Source of the DNA: Acidobacteriota bacterium
GTDB lineage: Bacteria > Acidobacteriota > Vicinamibacteria > Vicinamibacterales > UBA823
DNA: 64,000 nt
NCBI GenBank assembly: GCA_002730525.1
Contig: PCAK01000032.1
Coordinates: 74,580 to 138,579, forward strand
Direction: 5' to 3'
Both the position numbers and the translations under genes were made by a program. Shown one piece after another: positions 26,036 through 35,820 of this stretch; within the stretch, counting starts at the first letter, position 1; each line of letters begins with the position of its first letter. The notes below the pieces were generated by a model. That model had not been told where the DNA came from. It saw only the letters and a program-made list of their open reading frames with translations, and did no database searches.

Positions 26036-26752
26036 TCAGGCCTTAACGAGCGAGCCGACGGCTTCGCCGAGGACGGCGCGTCGCAGGTTGCCGGGTCGCT
26101 GCAGGTTGAAGACGACGATCGGGAGTTGGTTGTCCATGCAGAGCGAGATCGCCGTAGCGTCCATGACTTTCAGGCCCTGTTCGAGCACCTGCAGGTACGA
26201 AATCGAGTCGAAGCGGGTCGCGTCGGGGTCCTTCAGGGGATCGGCCGTGTAGATGCCGTCGACCTTGGTGCCCTTCAGGATGACATCGGCCCGGATCTCC
26301 ATGGCGCGCAGCGCCGCGGCGGTATCGGTCGTGAAGTACGGGTTGCCCGTGCCGGCAGCGAAGACGACGACGCGGCCCTTCTCCAGGTGGCGTACGGCGC
26401 GGCGCCGAATGAACGGCTCGGCCACGGCCCGCATCTCCACGGCGGTCACGACGCGGGTGTTCGTGTCGATTTGCTCGAGCGCGTCCTGCAGCGCCAGGGC
26501 GTTGATGACCGTGGCCAGCATGCCCATGTAGTCGGCCGTGGCGCGATCCATGCCGCGCGCGCTTGCGGCGATCCCGCGGAAGATGTTGCCCCCGCCGATC
26601 ACGATGGCAATCTCCACGCCCATCTGGTGGATTTCGGCGATCTCCTCGGCGATCTGCATCGTCACGCCCGGATCGATGCCGAACGATTCCGGGCCGAGGA
26701 GTGCCTCGCCCGAGACCTTCAGGAGTACGCGCTGGTATGCGGGGGCGGTCAT
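26036..26752 (-). CDS. pyrH: UMP kinase
   Basis: 238 aa ORF with [24 protein letters not shown] and [20 protein letters not shown]. Confidence 0.95.
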   Translation of the reverse strand: MTAPAYQRVLLKVSGEALLGPESFGIDPGVTMQIAEEIAEIHQMGVEIAIVIGGGNIFRGIAASARGMDRATADYMGMLATVINALALQDALEQIDTNTRVVTAVEMRAVAEPFIRRRAVRHLEKGRVVVFAAGTGNPYFTTDTAAALRAMEIRADVILKGTKVDGIYTADPLKDPDATRFDSISYLQVLEQGLKVMDATAISLCMDNQLPIVVFNLQRPGNLRRAVLGEAVGSLVKA

Positions 26753-26831
26753 GACCGACCGATTATAGCTCAGCGTTCGCGCTGGGGCGGCGTGGCGCGA
26801 AGGCGCGACGCGGTCCGTGCGCCGAGGGCGG

Positions 26832-27428
26832 CTAGGCTTCTCCCAGCTTGAACCGGGCGAAGCGCGAGATCGTGACGTTCTCGCCCATTTTCGCGATCGC
26901 CGCGGCCACGAGCTGGCTGACCGGCGTCTTGGGGTCGCGGATCGAGGGCTGGTCCAGGAGCACGGTCTCCTTGAAGTAGCTTTCGATCTTGCCTTCGATG
27001 ATCTTGTCGATCACGTGGGCCGGTTTCTTCTGCTCCTCGAGCTGCGCGCGAAAGATGCCCTTCTCGTGCTCGAGCGTTTCGGCCGGCACCTCGTCGCGCT
27101 GCACGTAGGTCGGATTGGCCGCCGCCACATGCATCGCCAGTTCCTTGACCAGTTGCTGGAAGTCATCGGTGCGAGCGACGAAGTCGGTCTCGCAGTTCAC
27201 TTCGATGAGCACGCCCACCCTGCCGCCGGTGTGGATGTAGCTGCCGACCAGTCCCTGATCCGTCGAGCGACCGGCCCGCTTGGCGGCCTTGGCGACCCCG
27301 CGCGTGCGCAGGATCGTCATCGCCTCGTCGGTATCGCCGTTGGCCTCGGCGAGGGCGGACTTGCATTCCATGAAGCCTGCGCCGGTCTTGTCTCGCAGGG
27401 CCTTGACGTCGGTAGCCGAGATGCTCAT
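26832..27428 (-). CDS. tsf: Elongation factor Ts (short form)
   Basis: It starts [32 protein letters not shown] and contains [20 protein letters not shown]. Confidence 0.95.
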   Translation of the reverse strand: MSISATDVKALRDKTGAGFMECKSALAEANGDTDEAMTILRTRGVAKAAKRAGRSTDQGLVGSYIHTGGRVGVLIEVNCETDFVARTDDFQQLVKELAMHVAAANPTYVQRDEVPAETLEHEKGIFRAQLEEQKKPAHVIDKIIEGKIESYFKETVLLDQPSIRDPKTPVSQLVAAAIAKMGENVTISRFARFKLGEA

Positions 27429-27470
27429 CGAATCTCTCCAGGGGTGCCGCCCGCCAGGCGGGCGTCGTAC

Positions 27471-27502
27471 AAGAAAAACGCCGGCGAACGGTCGAGCCGG
27501 CG
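27471..27502 (-). terminator. Hairpin + T-run between rpsB and tsf (candidate attenuator/terminator)
   Basis: The minus strand reads CGCCGGC-10 nt loop-GCCGGCG followed by TTTTTCTT. A second GC hairpin precedes the tsf SD (GGAGAG). Confidence 0.45.
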
Positions 27503-27526
27503 CAAACGAGTTCGGGGCGCGTGTTC

Positions 27527-28318
27527 CTAGACGGAAGCCGGTGTCGTGGCGGGCGCGGGGCTGGCGGCCGGAGCCGGCGCTCTCGCTGCCGCAGCGTCCA
27601 GCTCGGCCTTGGCGCGCTCTGCCTGGGCCGACTCGCGCTGCGTCCGGCCCGAAATGACCGCATCGGCCGTCTTGGCCAGGAACAGCCGGATCGCCCGGAG
27701 CGCGTCGTCGTTGCCCGGGATGACGTAGTCCACGTCGTCCGGGTCGCAGTTCGTGTCGACGATGCCGATCACCGGAATCTTCAGCTTGCGTGCCTCATCG
27801 ACCGCGATCTTTTCCTTGCGCGTATCGACGACGAACACCGCGTCCGGCAACCGCGACATCTTGCGGATGCCATCGAGATTCTTGTGAAGCTTCCGCTTCT
27901 CCTTCTCGAACCGCGCGATTTCCTTCTTCGACAGCGTCTCGTAGCGGCCGTCCTCGACCATGGCCTCGAGATCGCGTAGACGAGCGATGCTGCGCTGAAT
28001 CGTCGTGAAGTTCGTGAGCAGGCCGCCCAGCCATCGCTGGTTGACGAAGAACATGCCGCAGCGCTTCGCCTCTTCGATGACCGCATCCTGCGCCTGGCGC
28101 TTCGTGCCGACGAACAGGATGGTGCGACCTTCCGACGCCAGAGACGACGCGAACTGCTGCGCTTCGCCGAAGAGCTTGGCCGTCTTGCTCAGATCGATGA
28201 TGTAGATGCCGTTGCGCTCGCCGAAGATGTACTCCTTCATCTTCGGATTCCAGCGCCTCGTCTGGTGGCCGAAGTGCACTCCGGCTTCGAGTAGTTCCTT
28301 CAACGCGATCGCGCTCAA
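27527..28318 (-). CDS. rpsB: 30S ribosomal protein S2
   Basis: It starts (TTG start) [26 protein letters not shown]. The SD is GGAGAG, 5 nt upstream. Confidence 0.95.
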   Translation of the reverse strand: MSAIALKELLEAGVHFGHQTRRWNPKMKEYIFGERNGIYIIDLSKTAKLFGEAQQFASSLASEGRTILFVGTKRQAQDAVIEEAKRCGMFFVNQRWLGGLLTNFTTIQRSIARLRDLEAMVEDGRYETLSKKEIARFEKEKRKLHKNLDGIRKMSRLPDAVFVVDTRKEKIAVDEARKLKIPVIGIVDTNCDPDDVDYVIPGNDDALRAIRLFLAKTADAVISGRTQRESAQAERAKAELDAAAARAPAPAASPAPATTPASV

Positions 28319-28373
28319 GCGTTCTCTCCTGCGCCGAGTGGCATCTGTTTCGGGGGCATCGGGGGCCTGGGGA

Positions 28374-28766
28374 CTACCGTTTGCTGAACTGGAAGCGCTT
28401 GCGCGCGCCGGCCATGCCGTACTTCTTGCGTTCCTTGATCCGCGCGTCGCGCTTCAGCAGGCCCGCCTTCTTGAGATCGGGGCGCAGTTCCCCGTCGGAC
28501 CTGACCAGGGCGCGCGCGATCCCGAGTCGAATCGCGCCGGCCTGACCCGAGATGCCGCCGCCGGTCGCCGTCGCCAGCACGTCGTACTTCGCCAGCGTCT
28601 CGGTCAACTCCAGCGGGAGCCGGATCTGCATCTGGAGCACTTCGGTCGGAAAGCTCTCGGCGAGCGGTCGCTTGTTGACCTGGATGTTGCCAGTGCCGGG
28701 GCGGAGGAAGATGCGGGCGATGGATTTCTTGCGGCGTCCGGTGCCGTAGAATTCGGTGTCTGCCAA
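28374..28766 (-). CDS. rpsI: 30S ribosomal protein S9
   Basis: 130 aa ORF with [15 protein letters not shown]... and a C-terminal [10 protein letters not shown]. Confidence 0.95.
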   Translation of the reverse strand: MADTEFYGTGRRKKSIARIFLRPGTGNIQVNKRPLAESFPTEVLQMQIRLPLELTETLAKYDVLATATGGGISGQAGAIRLGIARALVRSDGELRPDLKKAGLLKRDARIKERKKYGMAGARKRFQFSKR

Positions 28767-28767
28767 G

Positions 28768-29202
28768 TTACGCGACCTCGAGCGTGGTGGGTTTCTGGGC
28801 GGCGTGGGGGTGCTCGGGGCCGGGGTAGACCTTCAGCTTGCGGTACATCGCATCGCCCAGTTTGGTCTTGGGCAGCATGCCCCGAACGGCCTCCTCAACA
28901 ATGCGGATCGGCTGGCGCTGGCGGACGATCTTCGCGCGCTCTTCCCTCAGTCCGCCCTCATAGCCACTGTGTCGCCGGTAGAGTTTCTGCTCTTCCTTCT
29001 GGCCGGTCAGCTTGATCGCCGCAGCGTTGACGATGACGACGTGGTCACCCGTGTCGAGGAACGGGGTGTACTGCGGGCGATGCTTCCCTTGGAGCAGGCG
29101 TGCGACGGCCGTGGCGATCCGGCCGAGGACCTTGCCCTCGACGTCGATCACGTGCCACTTGCGCTCAATCGTCGTCGGCGTCGCAACGAACGTTCTCGTC
29201 AA
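28768..29202 (-). CDS. rplM: 50S ribosomal protein L13 (TTG start)
   Basis: The sequence (M)[30 protein letters not shown] aligns with L13 N-termini. A strong promoter at 29251-29279 lies inside the longer 196 aa ORF-track version, so the ATG 29358 start is rejected. Confidence 0.85.
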   Translation of the reverse strand: MTRTFVATPTTIERKWHVIDVEGKVLGRIATAVARLLQGKHRPQYTPFLDTGDHVVIVNAAAIKLTGQKEEQKLYRRHSGYEGGLREERAKIVRQRQPIRIVEEAVRGMLPKTKLGDAMYRKLKVYPGPEHPHAAQKPTTLEVA

Positions 29203-29250
29203 CTCCCTCTCGGCTCCCTCTCGGCGCTCTTCCCGTCGCCGCAAACCCAA

Positions 29251-29279
29251 ATCATACGGGCGATTAGCGGCGCTGTCAA
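29251..29279 (-). promoter_or_regulatory. Sigma70-type promoter of rplM-rpsI (TTGACA-17-TATGAT)
   Basis: The minus strand has TTGACA (29279-29274), exactly 17 nt, then TATGAT (29256-29251). It is about 48 nt upstream of the TTG start. Confidence 0.6.
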
Positions 29280-29569
29280 GGAATCGACCCTGAATCCGCG
29301 GCCTCTCGGGGGGCTTCGGGGCGCTCGGGCTTGGCTCCGAGTCTGACGCTTCGCCCACGGCGTGCGCGGCGCTGCCGGGTGCCCGAACTGCATGCGGTTG
29401 CCGGGAACGGTAGCGGATCTGGGCCGACCCCCACCGCGCCCTAGTCGGTCCACGCCCAGCCGCCGATACGCCAATTGCGCACTGTTGCTGTGCGTGCGGG
29501 GAGACCCGCGTGACGCCGTTGCCGGTCTACGGAGCCAAACGACTATAACAGAAGGGGTTAGCGGTCCTC

Positions 29570-30640
29570 GTGGCACTGAAGGACATGTTCGGTAGAGCGA
29601 AGTCCAGCATCGGCCTGGACGTCGGCTCGAGCGCCGTCAAGGCGGTCGAGGTGACGTCCTCCCGCAGCAGCCGCCAGGTGACCTGGGTGGGCAGCGAGCC
29701 CGTGCCGCCCGATGCCATCGTCGACGGCGCAATCCTCGATGGCGCGTCGGTCGCCGACGCCATCAGCCGGCTGTTCGAGGCGGGTCGCGTGAAGACGAAG
29801 GACGTCATCGCCTCGCTGTCGGGTAGCGCCGTCATCGTCAAGAAGATCACGCTTCCGCTCATGACCGACAGCGAGCTGGGCGAGTCGATCCACTGGGAAG
29901 CCGAGCAGTACATCCCGTTCGACATCCAGGACGTGACCCTCGACTATCAGGTCGTCGAGGGCGATTCCGAGGGCGCGGCCCGGGGGACGATGGATGTGCT
30001 CCTGGTCGCCGCCAAGAAGGAAAAGATCGCGGACTACAGCGGCGTCATCGCGCAGGCCGGACGTAACCCGGTTGTGGTCGACGTCGATGCGTTCGCGCTC
30101 CAGAACGCCTACGAGGTGAACTACGGCATCGAGCCCGGGTTGGTCGTGGTCCTGATGAACGCCGGCGCCAGCGCCATCAACGTGAACATCCTGAACGGCG
30201 AGCAGTCGGTGTTCACGCGCGACATTTCGATCGGCGGCAACGACTACACCGAAGCGTTGCAAAAGGAGCTCAGCCTGCCGTTCGAGAACGCGGACATGCT
30301 GAAGTGCGGCGTGCCGATTGAGGGGCTGACCTTCGACGAGGCGATTCCCGCGCTGGCGGCCGTGACCGACAACGTGATGCTCGAGGTGCAGAAGACCTTC
30401 GACTTCTTCAAGGCCACGGCGGCCTCCGACCAAATCGACCAGATCGTCCTCAGCGGGGGCACGGCGCAGATTGACGGCCTGGCCGACACGATGGCCGATC
30501 GCTTCGGGACGCAGGTGGAGATGTTCGACCCGTTCCGGCAGTTGCAGCTCGACAACAAGAAGACGGGCGACGTCGCGGACCTCGCCTCCACAGCCGCCGT
30601 CGCGGTGGGGCTGGCCTTGCGTCAGGCGGGCGACCGATGA
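29570..30640 (+). CDS. pilM: Type IV pilus assembly protein PilM
   Basis: 356 aa actin-like ATPase fold. SIGLDVGSSAVKAVEV and the pilMNOPQ context support the call. Confidence 0.9.
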   Translation: MALKDMFGRAKSSIGLDVGSSAVKAVEVTSSRSSRQVTWVGSEPVPPDAIVDGAILDGASVADAISRLFEAGRVKTKDVIASLSGSAVIVKKITLPLMTDSELGESIHWEAEQYIPFDIQDVTLDYQVVEGDSEGAARGTMDVLLVAAKKEKIADYSGVIAQAGRNPVVVDVDAFALQNAYEVNYGIEPGLVVVLMNAGASAINVNILNGEQSVFTRDISIGGNDYTEALQKELSLPFENADMLKCGVPIEGLTFDEAIPALAAVTDNVMLEVQKTFDFFKATAASDQIDQIVLSGGTAQIDGLADTMADRFGTQVEMFDPFRQLQLDNKKTGDVADLASTAAVAVGLALRQAGDR

Positions 30641-31233
30641 TTCGCATCAACCTGCTGACCGTCGAGCGATCGCGCACCAGGCGCCGGATCGGGTTCGAAC
30701 CGGCGCAGAAAGCCGCAGCGGCGTGCAGCGTGGTGCTGCTGGCGACCGCGCTCGGCATCGGCTGGTGGTTCTGGACGATGCGCCAGGAGCGGGCTGCCCT
30801 CGTGCAGGAAATCGCGCTCGCGCAGACCGAGACGGACCGATTAAGCGGCGTGCTCGATCAGGTGCGGGATTTCGAGACGCGCCGGGAGCAGTTGCAGCAG
30901 CGGGTCGCGTTGGTCGAGCAGCTCCGGCAGGGCCAGGGGCAGCCGGTGCGGATGCTGGATGAAGTCAGCCGGGCCATCCCCGAGGGGCTCTGGCTGGTCG
31001 AGATGATCCAGGACGCGACCGGGTTGACGATCCAGGGACGCACCACGACGCTCACGGCGCTGTCCGATCTCATCGGCAACCTCGAGCGCTCGGGCTTCTT
31101 CCAGTTGCCTGTGGAGATGCTCGACAGCCAGGTAGAGGAGTTGACCCAGGGCGAGGTCGTGAACTTTTCGATACGGGTGCAGTTTCTCCCGCCGGCCGCC
31201 CCGGTGCCGGCCACGCCGCCGGCGACTCAATGA
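30637..31233 (+). CDS. pilN: Type IV pilus assembly protein PilN
   Basis: It starts MIRINLL, followed by a TM segment, a coiled coil and a C-terminal domain. It overlaps pilM by ATGA. Confidence 0.85.
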   Translation: MIRINLLTVERSRTRRRIGFEPAQKAAAACSVVLLATALGIGWWFWTMRQERAALVQEIALAQTETDRLSGVLDQVRDFETRREQLQQRVALVEQLRQGQGQPVRMLDEVSRAIPEGLWLVEMIQDATGLTIQGRTTTLTALSDLIGNLERSGFFQLPVEMLDSQVEELTQGEVVNFSIRVQFLPPAAPVPATPPATQ

Positions 31234-31303
31234 GCGGCCGGGCGCATCGCGGGGATGCACTAAAGGCCTCGGCAACGGAGACCGACAGAGTCGAACGCGA
31301 GTC

Positions 31304-31888
31304 ATGGAACTGTCGCTGAACAAACTACCGTGGTACGCCCAAGTCGGGGCCTTTGTCGCGATCTCGCTGGTGGGTCTGGCGGCGTTCTATTTCTACTATG
31401 CCGGGCCGCAGCAAGAGGCGATGGCGACGCAACGTACGGACCTCGACCGGATGCGCGGCGACATCAATCGCGGCCTGGCGATTGCCCGGCAGTTGCCCGA
31501 GTTCGAGGCGCAGGTGACCGACCTCGAGGGCCGGCTCGACAGCCTCCGGGCCGTCCTGCCGGAGCAGCAGGATGTCGGCGACTTCCTGCGACGCGTCCAG
31601 ACCCTGGCCACCCAGTCGGACCTCACCATCCGGGCCTTCACGCCGCAGCCGATCGTCACGCAGGCGATGCACATCGAATGGCCGATCTCGCTGCAGCTGG
31701 GCGGGACGTACCACAACCTCGGCGAGTTCTTCGACCGGATAAGCAAGTTCTCTCGGATCATCAACGTGAGCAACGTCAACATCCGCGCCAATGAAGAGGG
31801 TGGCGCGGGCAACACGATCGCCGCGGAGTGCACGGCGACGACCTTCGCCCTTCTTGAAACGCCGGCCGGGGCGGCGCCCGGAGCGTGA
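31304..31888 (+). CDS. pilO: Type IV pilus assembly protein PilO
   Basis: It has an N-terminal TM segment, a coiled coil and a ferredoxin-like C-terminus (LQLGGTYHNLGEFFDRISKFSRIINV). Confidence 0.85.
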   Translation: MELSLNKLPWYAQVGAFVAISLVGLAAFYFYYAGPQQEAMATQRTDLDRMRGDINRGLAIARQLPEFEAQVTDLEGRLDSLRAVLPEQQDVGDFLRRVQTLATQSDLTIRAFTPQPIVTQAMHIEWPISLQLGGTYHNLGEFFDRISKFSRIINVSNVNIRANEEGGAGNTIAAECTATTFALLETPAGAAPGA

Positions 31889-31889
31889 G

Positions 31890-32522
31890 ATGGCGGTGAC
31901 GAGACGAAGGCTCGGCGTCGGGCTCTGGCCGGCAGTTGGGCTGCTGGCCGGCATGGTGCTGGTGAGCGCGGCTCCGGTCGCGGCGCAACCGGTGCCGCCA
32001 GTGCCGGAGGTCCCACCGGAGCTTGCCGAGGCGATGGAGGACGCTCGAGCCGAGGCCGATGAGTCCGGCGGGCCGCCCCCCGATGCGCCGGCCGCAGCGC
32101 AGACGGCCCCGGAGGCCTATCCGGCGACGCAGGCCGGGACCGAGGTGGAGACGGGCGCGGAACTGGCTGGCGAAGCCTACTCGTACGACGCCGCGGGCCG
32201 GCGCGACCCGTTCGTGAGCCTGATGGCGCGAGGGGTCGAGGCGTTGCCGACTGGCGACCGGCCGGAGGGCCTTGGGGGGCTGACGATCAACGAGGTCGCG
32301 CTGCGCGGCATCGTGCGCAGTCGCGGCTCCTTCGTGGCGATCGTGCAGTCACCCAACGATAGAACGTACATGGTGCGCGAGGGCGACCGGGTGTTCGACG
32401 GCACGATCCGGACGATCACCGAGGACGCCATCATCTTCATGCAGGTCGTCAACGATCCGCTGTCGCTCGTGACCGAACGCGAGGTGCGCAAGCCGCTGCG
32501 GACTCCGGAGGACGGACGGTGA
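31890..32522 (+). CDS. pilP: Type IV pilus assembly protein PilP
   Basis: ATG 31890 lies 2 nt after the pilO stop. It has a signal sequence, the RRDPF motif and the beta domain LRGIVRSRGSFVAIVQSPNDRTYMVREGDRVFDGTIRTI. Confidence 0.75.
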   Translation: MAVTRRRLGVGLWPAVGLLAGMVLVSAAPVAAQPVPPVPEVPPELAEAMEDARAEADESGGPPPDAPAAAQTAPEAYPATQAGTEVETGAELAGEAYSYDAAGRRDPFVSLMARGVEALPTGDRPEGLGGLTINEVALRGIVRSRGSFVAIVQSPNDRTYMVREGDRVFDGTIRTITEDAIIFMQVVNDPLSLVTEREVRKPLRTPEDGR

Positions 32523-35149
32523 CTCGTGTCTGGAGGACGGTCGTCGTGAGCGCCATCGTCGGCGCCATCGCCGCGGGCGGCGTGTCGGTCGGAACCAATG
32601 CCCCCGTACGCATCGAGGAGATCCGCTCTGCCGTGACCAATGGGCGGACGGCGGTGGTCATCGCCGCCTCCGAACCCGTCGCCTACATCACGAGCCGGCC
32701 CGATCCGTTCACCGTTCTGGTCGACCTGCGCAATGCGTCGGCCGACGGCCTGCGGAACGAGTTGCAGGCCGGTGGTCCGAGCCCAGTCGCCGGTGTCGAG
32801 GTGGAGACCGCGTCCGCCCCCGACGGTAGCGGCTTGGTTCGCATCAAGGTTTCCCTGCTGGCGCCGGTCGCCCACCATGTCGAGAGCGCGCGAGGCGTGA
32901 TCTGGATCGAACTCGACCGCGAGCGCCCGGCGGCGGCATCGGCGGCGTCCGCCGTGTCCGCGACGTCCGCAACGCCGGCTCCATCGACCGTGCCGACGGC
33001 GCCACCGATTACGACGGTCCCGCGGCCCGACGACGCGGCGAAGCCGCCGACCAGCGTGCCGCCGGCCACGACGATCCGGGCGATCCGCACATCCGCGGGT
33101 TCCGATGAGGTGCGTGTGACGATCAGCGCCAACGGCGCGCTGAGCCCGGGTCGGATCGCCGAAGCCGCCGACCCGCCGCCCCGCCTCGTCCTCGACTTCC
33201 CCGAACTGCGCGCGAACGTGCCGGCGCTGACGACCGTCAACCTCGGTCCGCTCCGCCAGATCCGCGTCGCACCGCACAGCCACGAACCGCTCGTGACTCG
33301 GATCGTCTTCGACCTGCGCCGCCCGACCCGCTACCGCGTCGAGCAGGCGACGGGCGAATCTCGAGATCTCACGATCGTCTTCCCGATCGAGACGGCCGTT
33401 GCGCGGATCGCCGACCCGATTCTGGACGTCTTCCCCGTCGAACCGGCTCAGCCGGAAGAGATTCCTGAAGAGACCCCTGAAGACACTTCGGTACCGCCGG
33501 CGGCCACCGAACCGGATGCACCGGAGGTTCAGGAGATTCGGGAGCCCGTTCTCGTCGCCGCCCCGACCCCTGCCTCGCTCGACCCGGTCGTCGCGCGGGC
33601 GCTCGCGTCGTCCGCGGCCGTCGCACAGGCCGGGCCCCTCGCGGGTCTGCCGACCGCCGATACCGGGCAGACGGTTGACGTCGCGCCTCAGGTCGAGGTG
33701 CCCGTCGAGGCGATCGATCTGTCGCCGCTCTCACTCTTCGACCTGCCGATCACCGTGGTCGAGCAGGTGCCAGTGGCGCCGCGGCTGCCACCGGCGACGC
33801 CGGCACCCGTGCCGTCCCCCATCCCGCAGGTCGCCGCTCCCCAGGTCATCGGCGGGCTGGGCTCGGGTCAGGTGACGGAGTTCACGGGCGACCCGGTCTC
33901 CCTCGACTTCCAGAACGCCGACCTGCGCGCGGTGCTCCGGGCGTTTGCCGGGATCAGCAGCCTGAACATCGTGATCGACCCGAACGTGCAGGGCAGCGTC
34001 GATGTGGCGCTGCGCGACGTGCCGTGGGACCAGGCATTCGACATCATCCTGCGCGCCAACGCCCTCGGCTACACCGTCGACGGCACCATCGTGCGCATCG
34101 CGCCGCTGACGGTGCTGTTCGACGAGGAGGCCCAGCGCCGAGCGCTCGCCGATGAGCTGGCGCTCTCGGGTGAACTCGTCGTCGTGCCGCGCATCCTGAG
34201 CTACGCGCGCGCGGCCGACCTGGCGGAGCTCATCACCACGTCGGTGCTGTCGCAGCGCGGCCAGGTCCAGATCGACGAGCGGACGAACACGCTGATCATC
34301 ACCGACCTGGCGGCAAACGTCGGCAACGCCGCCGACCTCATCAACACCCTCGACCGGGCCGAGCCGCAGGTCGAGATCGAAGCCCGGATTGTCCAGACGA
34401 CCAGCGACTTTGCCAAGGAGCTCGGCGTGCAGTGGGGCCTGAACGGCCGGCTGGCGCCGGAACTGGGCAACACGACGGGGCTGAGTTTCCCGAACCGCGC
34501 CGGCCTGACCGGCCGGACCGGCGGCACGCAGGGCCCGGTGGGCTTCGACGCGCGGGCGATCGACACCGAGAACAGCGGCACCGCCGTCAACCTGCCGGTG
34601 AACGCGCCCACCGGCGCCGTCGGCCTCACGCTCGGTGCGATCAACGGCGCGTTCAACCTCGACGTCGCGCTGTCGGCGCTGGAGTCGAGCGGCAACGGCC
34701 GGATCCTGTCGACGCCGCGCGTGACGACGCAGAACAACGTTCAGGCCGAGGTGAAGCAGGGCATCCAGATTCCGATCCAGACGGTGGCCAACAACACCGT
34801 AACCGTGTCGTTCAAGGATGCCGCCCTGAGCCTCCGTGTGACACCGCAGATCACCCAAGCCGACACGGTGATCATGCAGATCATCCTCGAAAACGCGTCA
34901 CCCGATTTCTCACGGTCGATCAACGGCATTCCGCCGATCGACACGCAGTTCGCCACGACTCAGGTGCAGGTCGACAATGGCGACACGACGGTCATCGGCG
35001 GCATCTTCCTGGCGACCGAACTGGAATCTAGCGACCGCGTGCCGTATCTGAGCCGGATTCCGCTGCTAGGCTGGCTCTTCCGGCGTGAACTGAACCAGAC
35101 GGAAAACCGGGAGCTGCTCATCTTCATCACGCCGCGGATCATCAGATGA
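32519..35149 (+). CDS. pilQ: Type IV pilus secretin PilQ (two AMIN-like domains, Pro-rich linker, secretin domain)
   Basis: 876 aa ORF with VSLDFQNADLRAVLRAFAGISSLNIVIDPNV (the STN/N0 region) and a C-terminal VPYLSRIPLLGWLFRR..NRELLIFITPRII. Confidence 0.9.
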   Translation: MTRVWRTVVVSAIVGAIAAGGVSVGTNAPVRIEEIRSAVTNGRTAVVIAASEPVAYITSRPDPFTVLVDLRNASADGLRNELQAGGPSPVAGVEVETASAPDGSGLVRIKVSLLAPVAHHVESARGVIWIELDRERPAAASAASAVSATSATPAPSTVPTAPPITTVPRPDDAAKPPTSVPPATTIRAIRTSAGSDEVRVTISANGALSPGRIAEAADPPPRLVLDFPELRANVPALTTVNLGPLRQIRVAPHSHEPLVTRIVFDLRRPTRYRVEQATGESRDLTIVFPIETAVARIADPILDVFPVEPAQPEEIPEETPEDTSVPPAATEPDAPEVQEIREPVLVAAPTPASLDPVVARALASSAAVAQAGPLAGLPTADTGQTVDVAPQVEVPVEAIDLSPLSLFDLPITVVEQVPVAPRLPPATPAPVPSPIPQVAAPQVIGGLGSGQVTEFTGDPVSLDFQNADLRAVLRAFAGISSLNIVIDPNVQGSVDVALRDVPWDQAFDIILRANALGYTVDGTIVRIAPLTVLFDEEAQRRALADELALSGELVVVPRILSYARAADLAELITTSVLSQRGQVQIDERTNTLIITDLAANVGNAADLINTLDRAEPQVEIEARIVQTTSDFAKELGVQWGLNGRLAPELGNTTGLSFPNRAGLTGRTGGTQGPVGFDARAIDTENSGTAVNLPVNAPTGAVGLTLGAINGAFNLDVALSALESSGNGRILSTPRVTTQNNVQAEVKQGIQIPIQTVANNTVTVSFKDAALSLRVTPQITQADTVIMQIILENASPDFSRSINGIPPIDTQFATTQVQVDNGDTTVIGGIFLATELESSDRVPYLSRIPLLGWLFRRELNQTENRELLIFITPRIIR

Positions 35150-35194
35150 GTGTGATGCAGTCAGCTGACGAGTGTGAACGATGACTCGACGTGA

Positions 35195-35311
35195 GCCGAG
35201 TCGGCGACGTTCGGTACCGTTGGTGGGGGGACCTACGTCGTGACCTTGACTGTCACTGACAGCGAGGGCCGGACCGGCACGACGAGCGAAGAGGTGACGG
35301 TCGAACCGTAA
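35195..35311 (+). pseudogene. Relic of a PKD-domain coding sequence (no start codon)
   Basis: The translation AESATFGTVGGGTYVVTLTVTDSEGRTGTTSEEVTVEP* matches the C-terminal half of a PKD repeat (G.Y.V.L.V.D..G). It is bounded upstream by TGA 35192-35194. Confidence 0.35.
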
Positions 35312-35322
35312 GGGATTGAACG

Positions 35323-35820
35323 ATGGCGGATCCGACCCTCCTCGACGAGTTCGAGCGCCGGGTGAAGGCGGACCCGGCCTCGGTCACCTTCGCCAATCTC
35401 GGCGAACAGTACCGGCGCGCCGGCCGCTTCGATGACGCGATAGCGGTCTGCCGCGCCGGCCTCGAACACCATCCCGGCTACACCTCGGCCCGTGTCACCC
35501 TGGGCCGGGCGCTGGCCGGCGTCGAGGACTTCGACGGCGCGCGGGATGAGCTGAAAGCCGTCCTCTCGGACACTCCGGACAATCTCGCGGCGCTGCAAGG
35601 TCTGGCTGATCTGGACGACCTCGAAGCCGAGGTCCGCTCGGCGCGAGCGGTGGCCGACGAGTTCAGCATCGACCTTGCTTCGGGGGAGATCCCGCCGAGC
35701 CCGGCATCGTTCGAGAACGACACCGGTTCCCGCGGAGGGCCCGGCACCGCCACCCTCGCACCGCTCGAGCGGTTCCTCTCGGCCGTGCGGCGTCGCCGGA
35801 CGAAAGCCCGGAGACGCTAG
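35323..35820 (+). CDS. TPR-repeat protein downstream of pilQ
   Basis: 165 aa ORF with no signal peptide. The TPR-like segment is FANLGEQYRRAGRFDDAIAVCRAGLEHHPGYTSARVTLGRAL. Confidence 0.7.
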   Translation: MADPTLLDEFERRVKADPASVTFANLGEQYRRAGRFDDAIAVCRAGLEHHPGYTSARVTLGRALAGVEDFDGARDELKAVLSDTPDNLAALQGLADLDDLEAEVRSARAVADEFSIDLASGEIPPSPASFENDTGSRGGPGTATLAPLERFLSAVRRRRTKARRR

